Below are positions 37,345-50,784 of a DNA stretch of 64,000 nt, piece after piece. Source of the DNA: Octopus sinensis (Eukaryota); contig NC_042999.1 in NCBI RefSeq assembly GCF_006345805.1, positions 74,090,001 through 74,154,000 on the forward strand, in the 5' to 3' direction. The position numbers were made by a program, and so were the translations under genes. Numbering within the stretch: position 1 is the stretch's first letter; the number at the start of each line of letters is the position of its first letter. The notes beneath the pieces were generated by a model. That model was given only the letters and a program-made list of their open reading frames with translations, searched no databases and was not told the origin of the DNA.

Positions 37345-38260
37345 TATTAACTATCTTGACTTTGCTAAAGCCTTCAATTCTGTGCCACACAAACAACTCA
37401 TGGCAAAACTCTTTGCAATGGGTATGCAAAGAAGCTGAAAAGAAGTAGTCATAGTTCTCGGGCATCATTCTTTGCCCTATGAGATGACATCTGGAGTATC
37501 ACAGAGATCTATTCTCGGACCCCTGTATTTTTTAGCAGGATATATTAATGTCTTAGATGCCAACTTTATTACAGTGTTGAAATAAGCAGATGATGTCAAA
37601 CTGTACCTTGAGATAAAAAAAAAAGAACAGATCCTGTATGCTAGAGATCTTTCCAGCAATCAGATCTGGACACAATGTAGCAATGGATTACTGATTGGCA
37701 ACTCGAGCTGGCTGTGGACAAGTGAACCACCATGCATTCTGTGAGGGAAAACCCAAGCTTTACATTCTCCCTCAACAACACCAATCCTAAGAAGTCTGCT
37801 AGTGAATGTGACTTGGACATCATTGTCAACAATGATTTGCATTGGACAAACCACATCTCTAAAACTGTCAAGAAAGCTGCATGTGTCTTAGCATCACTCA
37901 GTAAGACCTTTGTTGGACACTCTCCTGCTATCTATTTAAAGCTGTATATGTCGATGAAATGTTTGCATGTAGAGTTTGCATCACAGGTGTGGAACCTCTA
38001 TCTTGCCCAGCATATCAAAATCCTGCAACTAGATGAATACCTGCTGCCAGGTATCTACAATACTCTGAACATTTTGCTTCCTTGGGCATGGACACATTAA
38101 AGTTCCTACATCTGGTAACTTGGTAGACACCTACAAGATTATTTATCATCTTTGCAACAACAACCTTGGGTACATTTTTGCATACCATATGTCTAATACT
38201 TGAGGACATACTTACAAAAATAAGAAAACACAACTCTCATGACTTTTATAAACATTCTTT
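37345..38260 (+). mobile_element. Decayed CR1-group LINE RT fragment
   Basis: YLDFAKAFNSVPH, SGVSQRSILGP, ADDVKL, DLDIIVNNDLHWTNHI, EFASQVWN. Confidence 0.85.
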
Positions 38261-38505
38261 CATGTTCAAAACTGCTGGCTTGCCAGCTCCTGTCAAACTG
38301 TCCAACCCATGCCAGCATGGAAAACGGATGTCAAATTATGATGATGATAATGATGTTGATGATGATGATGATAATGATGATGATGATGATGATGGTGATG
38401 ATGATGGTGATGACTCACAAGATTTTGGTCAGCTTGGAGCTGTTGTAGAAGACTCCTGCCTAAGGTACCATGCTGTGGGAAGTATTATATATATATGTTA
38501 CTTAC

Positions 38506-38543
38506 CTTCTTTACTGCATTCCAATACCATGTATTTGCACTTC
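38506..38543 (-). CDS. Host protease exon (38 bp): end of SRCR domain
   Basis: ctctgtag / gtaagt; KCKYMVLECSKE; phases 2/1 fit neighbours, giving C..VLEC...VCG. Confidence 0.8.
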
Positions 38544-39677
38544 CTACAGAGAAGAGTAAAAGTTTTATTATTATATTTTTCAATGTTAAAATCACTTCTT
38601 TATACTGTTACCAAATCATATTGTAAGAGAGTAACATCTAGATAAGTTATAGAACTGCACTGTGTTTATTGTCAAGGCATTTTTTTGTAAATGATGTTGA
38701 CCATCTAAGTTAAATCAGTTAATACATAGTAGAACTGTTCATCATTGTAATCAGTGGGTGTGTTGTAAAACTGATGAGTATCACATTAGCCTGAAAGTAT
38801 TTATTTGGATTTTGCCTGTGGTAACAATGTTAATAACTTGATGATGCTTTCAATTCTATCACAGTCACTTCAAAATTAACATGAATGAAAATATCAATTG
38901 GTTCACGTCATCTAATTTCAAATAGGCATTGAGCAGACAAATAAGATAATAGACTATCTTCTCATAGATTGTAAATTCAAATCTGCTGAAGTGAGAATAG
39001 ATCAAATTAGGAATAGATAATTGGAAAAGCTGTCTGTGATAAACAGACCTTCTATCTAGGGTGGATTTTTCATGTTTTACGTCATGAAGCTGAGAGATAA
39101 ACACCCACTCACAAAATACATTTGTTTTGGAGGAGATATTTTACATTATGTGTAAGCACAACTAACCGTTGCAAGTAGTAGAGGCAATATATAATCAATG
39201 AGTGCTTTCTTTAACCAGTGGAAAAGAGTTTGAAGCCATCTATACAACTCATCCATGATAAAAGTATCTATCATGTTTTCATCTCTGCATTAACCAATTC
39301 TTTCACTTTTTCCAAATATGGGTATCATTATTTGATGTGGCAAAGAGATCAATGATTTGGAAAAATTAATAGGGCAATAGCAAAATACTTTGTGATAATT
39401 ACTAATGTCCTTTTTCAACCTGCATTAAAATCTTGGATCACTCATCTGGGATCAACAAAAGATCACTGGAATCAATAAAGTCAAATTTAATCCATCACCA
39501 AAAAATAAATTCTCTGTTAAGTAAAGCATAAACTTTCAGTGAGCCAAGGTGACAAACTTGGACTCCATTTCTAGTTGTTGCTATTCCACTTGGTTACTGT
39601 AACAGGAAAAAATGCAGCATGGCATATAACATACTGTAACATGGCATAAATGTTGAATAACAGAAATAAATATTTAC

Positions 39678-39785
39678 TCAAAGGAATTTGCTTTGAATCC
39701 TGGAATCAGTCCCATATTGCTGTCTGAAGGGTTTTGTGTGAATTTTACACCAAATCCCTCAATTGAATTACCAAATGTTCCATTA
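39678..39785 (-). CDS. Host protease exon: middle of SRCR domain
   Basis: ttttctcatag / gtaaat; open phase 2-2 frame NGTFGNSIEGFGVKFTQNPSDSNMGLIPGFKANSF. Confidence 0.65.
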
Positions 39786-40361
39786 CTATGAGAAAATAAG
39801 AATGAATGTAGAAAAATCAATAGAGACATAAATAGAGAAAGAAAGAGTCACAGATAGAAAAGAATATAGATCAATTGATACAGAAAGATAAAGAGATAAA
39901 AGAAACAAAGAGGGCAACACAGATAGATTGAAGCAAAAATATAAAAAGTTAACATATTGGAATGGCATGTTAACATATTGGAAAGATATAAGATATATTT
40001 AGATAATCAATTTTGATATTGTATACTTTCGCAAGTGAAATGACTTAGTTTATACATTCAGGAAAATTATGCAAATCCTGCACCTCAAAAGCATAGCGGT
40101 ATATTCTCTAAGTTGATATTCACTACAAAACATTTTGTTTTATTTTTGGACAAGACATTTTATCTTCGTCCTCCTCCTTGGAATCATACTTGGAATCTTG
40201 GAGTTAGTAGCCCACGCTCTTAACCACTATGCCATATGACTCAACATAATATTATTATGGTGCATTATCAATCATATGGCAGTCTTTTTGATTATATAAA
40301 ATGATATACTGTCACCTTCAAAGAAGTGGACAATGAAAAATGTGTTATTCAGTTTTCCTAC

Positions 40362-40479
40362 CTTCTTCCAACAGAGGAACACAAATGATTTGCAATTTTT
40401 TCACTGTTCAAGTTGTCTTCACAAATATTTTCATATGAACCATTGTGGGACACTAGAATTGTGTTGTTTATGTATGTAA
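40362..40479 (-). CDS. Host protease exon: start of SRCR domain
   Basis: ttttttctag / gtagga; TYINNTILVSHNGSYENICEDNLNSEKIANHLCSSVGR. Confidence 0.85.
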
Positions 40480-41479
40480 CTAGAAAAAACAAACAAACAA
40501 AAGAACAATACAAGACAAAGCAAAAAATTAATTTTAATTTTATTAATCTATAACCAATATCAGCTTATGCACATACGATTACACTCAACACCAATGTTTG
40601 CCACTACTCTACTTATGTGTGTGCTGGCATGTGTATGTGTGTATGTATGTGTATAAAACTGCAAACATGTGTATGTATAAATAGGATATAGCCTTTCATC
40701 TATGCACACTTTGCTGAACATATCAATGCAAAATTGTTAGCAATTTTAATGTTAAGATATTTGTATTCTCTAACTGCACACTTGGTTTACATAGGAATAT
40801 TGTAATGACCTAAGCAGCAGAGGAAGTGCATATTCTGGAAACATAGTAATCAGAGTAAAAGTCCCAAGTGCTATCATTTCTGCTGGTAAAAAAAGGAACA
40901 AGTAAAAGAAATAACTGATGTTAAGCATAAAGAAGTAAAACCAAATATAAAGTTTCATCATATATATATGAACATGTATCCTTCACTTGTCATAAAACTA
41001 TTCAAACAAGATGACACTTGAATTCATCTCAACATTTTTGCAGAGTAGTACACTGAAGAGAGATGTTCCTTAATGTACTTCATAATGTGAGTCAAAAATT
41101 GAAGGGATGGAAGATGAGGAGATGCATCTACATGTTGAGCAATGCACCTTACTTATTGTACTGCTGGTCACTGCACTAAAGTAAGAGGACCAGTGAGTAT
41201 ATGACTACATTTTATTTTTCAGACATGATTAAAATAGGAACTTGATTGGTATTCTGGCAAGGCATGTGAATGATTTTGTATTCTGAGGAAATGAATTGTT
41301 TGAGAAAGGTGTAATTATAGTTTTGGAAAAGTAATTTAAAGTAGGAATTGTGTATTCAAGAATTGAAGATTGAATATATATCAATCTAAGATCCCTCCTA
41401 ATTCTCTTCTCAAGATAATGTTAGTGTCATAATCAAGAAATTTTTATGAGGCCGAAGACCATGCCATTTATATATGTAA

Positions 41480-41800
41480 AGGGTAAAGATCCCCTTTGGT
41501 CATGAATGGCCATGGGATTACATCTAGAAAATTATCCTCCAATGTACAAGTTCAGGCAAGGTAGTTTATAGAAGACCACCAGTTGCCCATTCATTAAAGT
41601 CTTCCCTCTCTACGCCACCGATGTTATTCAAGGGAAAGACAAAAGATGATACATCTTGGCACCAGTTATGTTACAACTCATTTCTACAGCTGAGTGAACT
41701 GGAGTAATGGGAAATAAAGTGTCTTGCTCAAGATCACAACACAACATGGTCTGAGAATTGAACTCACTACTTAATGATTGTTAGCCTGATCCTCTAATCC
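41480..41800 (-). mobile_element. SINE-like repeat (second copy at ~57775-57930)
   Basis: AAGGGTAAAGA.CCCC.TT.GGT.ATGAATG.CCATG shared by both copies; tRNA-like head remnant near 41750. Confidence 0.6.
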
Positions 41801-42219
41801 CTGTCCCCACCACACACACATGCCCAAACCACACACACATGCAGTTTACACATACATATACATACACACAGACACACATACTCTCTCTCTCACACACACA
41901 CACAAATCATCATCATCATCATTGTTTAACATCCACCTTCCATGCTAGCATGGGTGGGACCGTTTCATTAGCTGGCCAGGCAGAAGCCTGCACCTGACCT
42001 CTGTGACTGTTTTGGCAGGATTTTTACAGCTGGATGCCCTTCCTAACACCAATCACTCAGCAGAGTGGATTTAGTGCTTTTTAGGTGGCACAAGGACAGG
42101 TGAGGTGAGTAGTGCATTTTACGTGGCACAAGCATACATATATACTTTACAAACACATGGACACACATACACACATGTATACTTATATTTATATAGAGCG
42201 AGTAAATTTTTCTACGTAC

Positions 42220-42330
42220 AGCAATAGAATTCATCAGAGTCATCATCACAGTCTTTTTTACCATCACAGCGAAGTTCTTGTTTGATGCATTTCAGATTTT
42301 TGCATTGCCAATGTCCAATTGCACATGAAG
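42220..42330 (-). CDS. Host protease exon: LDL-receptor class A repeat
   Basis: ctttcag / gtacgt, phase 1-1; SCAIGHWQCKNLKCIKQELRCDGKKDCDDDSDEFYC. Confidence 0.93.
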
Positions 42331-43357
42331 CTGAAAGTAGAAAATTGGGAAAAAGAAATCATCCATGGAATCTTTTGTAATCTGGAAAGCTATCTATTTT
42401 GCTGCTATTGTTTAGCTCAGGGTCAGTCTTTATCTTGTAGACCTATGACCATTCTAAGTTATACATCCTGTCTGTTTTCAGATATAGTGCATTTAGAAGT
42501 ACATTGTTCAATGCATTCTTCCCTTTTTCAGGTTTTTTCTGTAACTATGCAGAAGCTTTCTCATCTGCTCCACTGTGGATATACTAAATATCCCTGTCAT
42601 GTACTAAGGAAGAAATAATTGACTATACTTGCCAACTAAATTTGTAGCCTGCTATGTGAGAAATGCTTTTTGTTTTTTTTAATCAATCCAGTTAAAACCT
42701 GAACTTGTTGAAGCTATTCTGTTTCTATTGATTCACTCCTTACTTGAGGCTGCTATGTTCCCCATTTAGTGATTAGCAAGATGGCTGAATTACTTCTTAA
42801 TAAAAGCTTTTTATGTTTCCCATATAATAGTTAATAATCTGGCTGATTTACTTCCATGTTGAAGCTATTTTGTTTCCTATGAAACAGTTGGAAGCCCTAA
42901 AGAAAACGTTTTGTTTCTTATGTCCCTGATGGAAACTGAAGGGTTTAAATTCTCAGCGTTGTTAATTTGGTTTTCATGTAAGCATTGACAACCAAACCCA
43001 TTCAGATACCACTTACTGTTAATAGTTGGCAAACCAGTCGTTTCAATTTTTATCTGAAACCTTTTTATTCTCAAGATGTTGTTGATATCCTAGTTATCTC
43101 TATTTCCATTTCAAAGTATTTTCTTTCCCATTCAGTTATTGTGAGCAATCCAGCTGCTTCCACTCCCATGTGAAGCTTTTTTAAATACCATGCAGGACTT
43201 GTAAACTTAACTATTTCAGTTCCAATTCAAAGCTACTTTGTTTTGCTATGTAAGACTTGACAACCCAGCTGTTTCAATTTCAAGATTTACAATAGGCAAC
43301 ACAACACTTTCAGTTTTTATTCAAAACAGTTTATATTCCCAAGAAACAGTTGGTAAA

Positions 43358-46283
43358 TGTTGTGGAGGACCCTCCTTGAGTGAGAGAAGTGGGCTGTTCC
43401 ACTACAAATAAATAGTGGACAGCTACAAGGAGTGTAGTCAGTCACAGAGCTATTTTTGGTGTTTTTTTAAAATCATTTTTGATCCCTGTGAGTGAAATTG
43501 TGAGTTAAATTGCTATATACTCATTGAAGGTCTCCTGTAAGGGTGAAACTATCTTTTGAATATCATTGTTAAACTGTTGAATTGTTGTTGCTATTTTTGT
43601 CTGTGAAATTACAATTGTTTTCTTCCCCATTCATGGGTGAAGTAGACAAGAAGCAGAGGATGGAGTGGGAACCAGTTCCAGCTGGCAGTTATGCTCCAGC
43701 CACTGGAAGACGTTTGACAGCTGACGTGTTGCAGGTATGAGAGATAAAGATGCAGCAGAGGAAGTTGTAGGAGTTCAACAGACTCACAGAGAAAGATGGA
43801 ACCATTTTGAGGTTGACACCGCCAGAAAATTTAACAGTGAGCATGATGAAGTGGACAGTGGTGTATAGAACACTGTCCATGACATCAAAAAAAAAAATAA
43901 TAAATAAATAAAAGCCACAGTAGAGGCTATAGAGGAATGCTCAAAGGAGGTAAAAAGCCTCACAACATTTTACACAAGAGTGAGGAAACACGGCACAGTG
44001 GAAATGAGGTTTGCTAGTGAACAAGAAACGATAAACCACTCCACTGTGGTGCTAAGGACACCAGAGTGGGTACTTCTGCTGACTTACTGTGACAAATGAG
44101 TAGCCAGGGTAAGGATTAGCAGAGTACCCCCAGAGATTGAGGAGTACGTGAATGTGTTGAAAGTGACAAGGACGAAAGAGGTAAACTGGTGGGGCTATTG
44201 CCTCGAAGTGGCTATCCAAGTCAGTTTACAAGACTTGCATAAGATAGTGAGGAGGTAATACTACCAGAGGACATGAAATTGAGAGTAGAGGTGGCATAGG
44301 GGGACACATGAAAGCAAGGTGTCCCCAGAATGATGATAAAAGTAAAAAGGAACAACAGTAGCAGGGTGACGAGCAGGAGCAAAATGCCGAAGCAATGAAC
44401 TCAGTATGTAAAAAGTGTCTAGAGAAGATGGAGGAAGAGTATACGGTGGTGGATAGGAAGAAGAAAAGGAAAGAAGACATGGACTCACCGCCAAAGAATC
44501 CACTAAAGAAAAAAAAGGAGAGTAAACAAGAAGCACAACATGAGATATCAACAACATCAAAGGAAGCCAACATGGAAAAACAGGTGGGATTACAGAAACA
44601 AACAAATAAAAAGGAACCAAAACATAAATGGCATATGGTAGCATATGTGAAAAGAACAGAGATAGAGATGAAAATCACAAAAATGAAAACAGTTATAAGT
44701 GTGAAACTAACGATGGAATACTATCCAGAAAGCACCAAAGCAGTTGTTATTGATGATGCAAGATGTGAAAAACTATGAGAACTGTTTGGAAAGAAGATAG
44801 ACCCAACGGGAGTGTGCATTGAGTTTGACGATTTGCCATCAGTAATAGAATATGACGGCCTGTTGCTGTACATAAAATGGTAAAAATTTTTTAAAAAAGT
44901 AAGTAAATATTTAAAAACTGTAAAAACAGATGAAAAAAGAGGAAAAAAGAGGAAAGAAACTGATTTATAAATGTTAAACGAAAAACATTTAAATGATACT
45001 GCCTGTGAGTGGGGAGTAGGCAAGCCATTTCATCCTCATTGTTATTATCAATCCTTCATTCATTGTTCTGTGTTTATTGTCTCCACTGTGGTGCTTTGTC
45101 TGTCCTTGTTAAACCCTGTGTTATGGCCTACATGCCGAATAAAGGAAATACAGTCAGTGAGGTATACCATTTGGGTCAGTCATGCAGACGACTAAGTACG
45201 TCGTTATAATGTGGGACATATCAGTGTTGAGCAAGACATAACAGTGGTGACAAGGTTTCGGACATGTGCAGGATATAACATGTAACAATGAGAAGTTGAA
45301 AACATGCAGGATACAACAATGATGACAGAATACAATAAGAAAAAATTCGGTGACAAGAATTCAAAAGCAGGTAGGATACAACAATGACCACAGGATACAA
45401 CAAGGAAAAATTCAGTGACAAAAATAAATCTATGAAATAATAGAATATGATAGAAAAAAAATTCTGTTGAACAAAGGAGTACTACCTGGGACACAGAGAA
45501 AAAGAATAATACAAGTCTGTTGAAAGATTTCAGTCAGGTTACTTATGTTTTCATAGCACTACTCGTAAGAATGTAAAGCTGGTACTACCTGTGGCATACA
45601 TTCAAACAGCAGGGTTTGAATGTGGAATACACAGAGTCGAAAAAAACAGAATTGCCAATAGGTGTATATCGGAGAACTCTATGTAATAATTTATTTATGT
45701 GTGAAATAGAAATAATAGAATATGATGCCAAAAAAAAATTCTAATGAAGAAGGATTTCTGAAGTACTACCTGGGACATGGAGTTAAAATAATATAAGTCT
45801 ATTTGAAGGATTTCAGTCAGGTCGCTATGCGTTTGTAGCACTACTGGTAAGAATGTAGAGCCGGTACTACCTGGGACATTCTGGAGAAAAAAAGATTTTG
45901 TTGTTCTGTGTAATACATAGAGTTGAAAAAATAATAATAATTGCTGATCAGAGAATTCTATGTAATAATTAATTTTCCTGTGATAATAAATTGAAAAAAA
46001 AAAAAATTTTTTTGTCCTGCAAAGAAAATGTAGAAAAAAATGAAAAAGTAATAATTCCGTGTGTACAAAAAATGGAAAATGTAAAAAAAAAAAATAATGC
46101 TGTGTGTAAAAAAAATCTCAAAAGGGGAGGTGTTGTGGAGGACACCTCTGAGTGAGAGAATAAATAGTGGACAGCTATGAGGAGTGGAGTCAGTCGTTGA
46201 GGTATGCCGTTCGGGCCAGTCATGCAGATGATGAAGTACATAGTTATAACGCAGGACATATCAGTGTCGAGCAAGACATAACA
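43358..46283 (+). mobile_element. Non-autonomous short-LTR retroelement (TRIM-like, TGTT...AACA termini)
   Basis: 3' LTR 46131-46283 preceded by PPT AAAAGGGGAGG; 5' LTR split into 43358-43444 and 45157-45243, followed by TGGTGAC; flanks GTAAA/GAAAA; non-coding interior with ~277-bp duplication. Confidence 0.8.
43445..45150 (+). mobile_element. Decayed distant relative of the ORF1-only element, with CAGTCA target-site duplication
   Basis: Pseudo-ORF ~43630-44885 aligns by eye to the 434-aa protein (EWVLLLTYC..VARVRISRVPPE, VNWWGY, DSPPK, VAYVKRTEIE..KAVVID); CAGTCA at 43439-43444 and 45151-45156; ends AATAAAGGAAATA. Confidence 0.85.
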
Positions 46284-46969
46284 GAAAACTAGCTGTTTTT
46301 CTCCTCAGTTGAAATTATTTTGTGTCTTCTATAATAGTTGGCAATAGATCTGTTTCAAATCCTAGTTGAATTAATTGTTTCAAATTATTATTAAAATAAT
46401 ATTGTTTTTTATGTGCAAGAGTGGTTGTGTGGTAAGAAGTTTGCTTGTCAACCACATGGTCCTCGATTCAGTCTCACTGCATGGTACCCTGAACAAATGT
46501 CTACTTACTACTATAGCCCTGGGATGACCAAAGGCTTGTGAATGGACTTGGTAGGCATAAGCTGAAAGAAGCCCATTGTATGTATATGTCATTAACATCA
46601 CCATCCTCATCATTTAACACCCATTTCCCATGCTGGCTTGGGTTGGACGGTTTGAGAGGAGCTGGCCAGTAAAGAAGCTGGCCAGTAAAGAAGCTGTCCA
46701 GACTCCAATTGGCTGTTGTGACATGGTTTCTACAGCTGGGTACCTTTCCAACTTCCAGCCACTTTACAGAGTGTGCTGGGTGCTTTTTATGTGCCATTGG
46801 CATGGGTGCATTTACACAGCAGCATGAGTACATTTTATGTGACACTGGCATCTGTAAAGGACAAGTCTGTATATATGGGTGGATGTCAACGATTTTACTT
46901 AGCTTCATGCATCTTCTCAAGCTGGCAACTTAGCTTTTTTTTTTAAATACTAGTTGAAGCTGTGATTTA

Positions 46970-48372
46970 CTCATGCACAAGGAATGTACATGTCTCTACA
47001 TGTTACATTGTAAATTGCAGCTTTCCACGAGTATTCATTTGTCTTTTGCAGCTGTTGAAGTGGACTAAAGCATTATAAGAGGGGCAGTTGAATGCAGATC
47101 AGTTATCAGGTTCTTGTATTTGAAAGGTTGCACTCCAAAAGAAACTTTCGATGAGATGAAAGAAGTTTATGGTGGTGATGCACCATCATGTGACATAAGT
47201 CAAGCACTAGCATTGCCAGTTCAAATGTGGTTGGACATAGGTAGAAACTGCTTCTATTCCTGGACAGCCCCATTCCACCATTGATGACAGCATCATCCAT
47301 AAAGTGGAAGCCACAATTTTGTGGATCAGTACATAACTATTTGGCAACTAGCTCAAAAAGTGAAGACAAGTTGCCAGCCTCGTCTGGCACCCACTACACT
47401 CACAGAATGGTTGGCGTTAGGAAGGGCATCCAGCTGAAGAAACACTGCCAGATCAGACTGGGCTTGGTGCAGCCTCCTGGCTTCCCAGACCCTAGTTGAA
47501 CCGTCGAAACCATGCTAGCAAGGAAAGTGAACGTTAAACGACGATGATGATGATTTTGAAGTGTAGGGTCTGTGGAAAAAAAAATCATTCATGACCATTT
47601 GCACATGGGAAGTTGTCTACACGATAGATTCCCTGGATGCTCACACGTTTTCTGAAGCAGGAACAAGTCAATTGCCTCTAGGCTATTTTGACAATGTGTC
47701 AACGGGGCTCACTTTTTCAGAAGACTTATCCCACAGGGTGAAACATAGGTCCATCACTATGATTTTGAGATTAAAGTCCAGTCAAAGCAATGGAAGCATG
47801 ATAACTCACCACCTCCAAAGAAGGCTTGTGTCCAATCTTCAGCATGCAAAGTAATGGTCTCAGTATTTTGGGACCAGCATGATGAATTTTCTGGCAAAGG
47901 TCACCACAATTAATGGGATATATTATGCTTCTTTGCAACAGAAATTGCAGGATTCCATGAAAGCAGAGATGCATGACATGTTGACCAAAGGAATCCACCT
48001 CCTCTAAGACAATGCTCCACTTCACAGTGCGCATGTTGCTCAGATGAAAGCACATTCCTGTGACTATGAAATCCTATCTCATCTCCCTTACTCTCTCAAC
48101 CTCACACCATCTGACTTCCACCTCCATAAAGTCTTTTTTGAAGGAGAAGCACTTTTTGAATGATGATGAACTTATTTTCAAGATAAAGTCTTGGCTCCAG
48201 ACACAAACTACCGACTTCTGCTGACAAGGTCTTCACAGCTGCATAAAGTCAGGGGAGAAATGTGTCACCGTTGGTGGTGGCTATGTAGAGAAGGACTAAT
48301 AATTATGCTAAGTTTCATTTATCACAGTTCTAGGGAAGTGGGTCAGGGGAAATCTTTAAGGAACACCCCCTC
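46970..48372 (+). mobile_element. Decayed mariner with nested (GAT)n-tailed repeat (~47370-47555)
   Basis: YLKGCTPKETFDEM, VFWDQH, DNAPLH, PYSLNLTPSDFHL. Confidence 0.85.
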
Positions 48373-50171
48373 ATAAATGTAGTAAGTCAGATTTATCAAA
48401 TTCAAGTTGAAGATAATTTGTTTTCCATGCAATAGTTTTCAATCCTGTTGTTTCAATTTTCTGTTGAAGCTGTTACTCTGGCAACATTTATAAACAGCTC
48501 TTTTGATCACAAGTTTCCTATGCAACAGTTAGCAAGCCAGCTGTTTCAGTTATCTGTTGAAATTATATCTTCTAAAATAGTTGGTATCTTAGCTGATTAA
48601 TTTGTTATCAAAGCTGTTATATTTGCTATGTAAAGTTGGACACTCAGTTTTGTTTATCAATTGAAATTATACGGGTTCTCATGCATTAGTTGGCTTACCA
48701 ACTGTTTGAATCTGTTGGTAATTCTGTTTTTCCTGTTGCAATTCTTGATAGCCCAGCTATTTTAACAGCTGTTGCTCGCTACTTTCCTCCAATTAGCTGT
48801 TGGCAGTCTTCCCACTTCAGTTTTTCTTCTCACTCAGTAGTTGATAATACAGCTGCTGTTTCAGCTTTTAGTTAAATCAAATGTGGTACCAATGCAATTA
48901 TTGATGACCCAGCTGTCTCAATTTCCCTTTGAATCCATTTTATTTGTTATGTAATTGTTGGTTCAGTGTTCATTTAATTCCAAGTTGAAGCTATTTCTAC
49001 ATATTTGGAAGGCCAAATGTTTCTCCTTACATTTAGTGGTATTCTCTGTCCCATGCAGTTGCTGGCAGCCAGATGATTCAATATTCAGTAACAAATGCCA
49101 AACCAATTGTTTCAATAAAGATTTGAGGTTATTTTGTTTTCTATGCAATATTGAGAAAATCTAGCAGTTTCAATTAGCTGCTGAAGGCAATTTGTTTTTA
49201 ATGTAATAGCTTACTGCCCAGTGTTTCAATTCAACATTTTTATTATTCTGCATGCCACAGTCAGGAAATTGGCAAAGTGGCCTTTCAATTCCTATTTGGA
49301 GATATTTCATTTACCATACCATTGACAACCTGTTTCAGTTCCCATACATCTCTTGGTAACTCTGCTACTTAGATTCCCCAGAAAAGTTACTTTATCTCTT
49401 ACACATCGGTTAGGAACCCAGCTGTTTCAACTCTAAATTGAAGCTATTTTCTGTCCTATGCATAATTAGCAACCCAGTTCTTTAACTTCTCAACTGATGC
49501 TATTTTCTTTTCCATGCAATGTTTGGCACTCTGATATATTTCATACTTGAAGATATTTTGTTTTCCATGCAATAATCGTTGCCAGTTCAGTGTTTATTTT
49601 CCAAAGTAAAGCAATACCTTTTTTTTTTTTACCAATATGAACGATACTAATCCTGCTATATATATTCTTTGTTGAAGATTTTTTTTGCTTCTCATGCAAC
49701 AGTTTGTGACCCTTTTGTTCAACTGAAGCAATTGTGTTTCCTATGCAACATTTTATTTTCCTATTTCATCTCTTCTTTGTGAATATTTGAAAATTTACAC
49801 ATTTCTTAAATTTTGGAGCTTCTCAAGTTTCCATTTTCAAGTCAGCATTAAAACTACTTATGAGGGTTGATAGAATTCATTTTTTGTATTGACATAAAAC
49901 TGGTTGGAATGAAAAGGTAAAATTTAGATGGATTTTGTTATGCTGTTTACTACAGTGAAGATTTAATTATTTGATGAGGTCATTTTGATTTAAAATGTTT
50001 TTGTTTGTAAATTGGATTACTGATTGAAGTGTTGTTCTCTACATTTCGTGAAATAAACTACTTATGGATTCTTTGATATGCCTGAGCAACCACATTTGGT
50101 CTAGATGGTAAACTTACTAAAACAAAATCACCTGATACTCTAATAAAAAGCAAGATATCTATCTTTCTTAC

Positions 50172-50303
50172 CGCAATTCTTTTCATCAGTGCCACCTTCA
50201 CAGTCAATTTCTCCATTACACATACTTTCTTTACGAATGCATACATTTGTAGAATTGGTTTCATTGCGACTGGGAGGACATCTAACCTCACCATTTTCAC
50301 AAC
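50172..50303 (-). CDS. Host protease exon: LDL-receptor class A repeat
   Basis: cttcaag / gtaaga, phase 1-1; CENGEVRCPPSRNETNSTNVCIRKESMCNGEIDCEGGTDEKNC. Confidence 0.9.
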
Positions 50304-50784
50304 CTTGAAGATGTAAAAAAGAAAAAAGTGAATATATAAATTATAAATATTCTATAAATAAGTAAATAGTTAGCACAGTTAAGCATGTTTAATTTTCATG
50401 TAATCTTTTCCTGTTGGAATAATTAGTTAATGAATCATTTGCCTGACAACCAAACAATTATAATTTTATAATTTAAATAGGTTTGCTTCATCGGAAATGA
50501 TGCAGCTGTGGTCACATACCCTTTCACTAAGATGTAAGCATAGATCTCTAGTTAGGCAGCTGGTGACATAGTATCATCCCAGGCTGTAAGGGCTAAAAAA
50601 AAGGATTAAAGTGGTAGGTGGTAGGGATTGAAATCAAGAGGCTATGTGGGAAGCAAAACATAGATATATTTGCTTGATCCAGTGGATGATGTAACTGATA
50701 GATTTAAGCTCCAATACATTTATTGTATAAACCTGTAATGTAAGAAGTTCAGACAGAATTTTAAACTTGAGACTAAAACAAAAG

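Larger units (their letters stand above)
42650..49760. repeat. Highly degenerate ~50-bp tandem repeat field interrupted by mobile elements
   Basis: Approximate consensus GTTGAAGCTATTTTGTTTCCTATGCAA.AGTTGGCAACCCAGCTGTTTCAATT seen in 42650-43355, 46290-46385 and 48400-49760. Confidence 0.7.

Noticed and set aside
38770-38800. CTGATGA...GAAA hammerhead-like boxes
   Set aside because: No stem II or stem I pairing.
38865-39104. 79-aa ORF between SRCR exons
   Set aside because: Acceptor gives a stop in the required phase; 39678-39785 fits instead.
48400-49760. CRISPR-like repeat array
   Set aside because: Eukaryotic context; repeats are contiguous and degenerate with no unique spacers.
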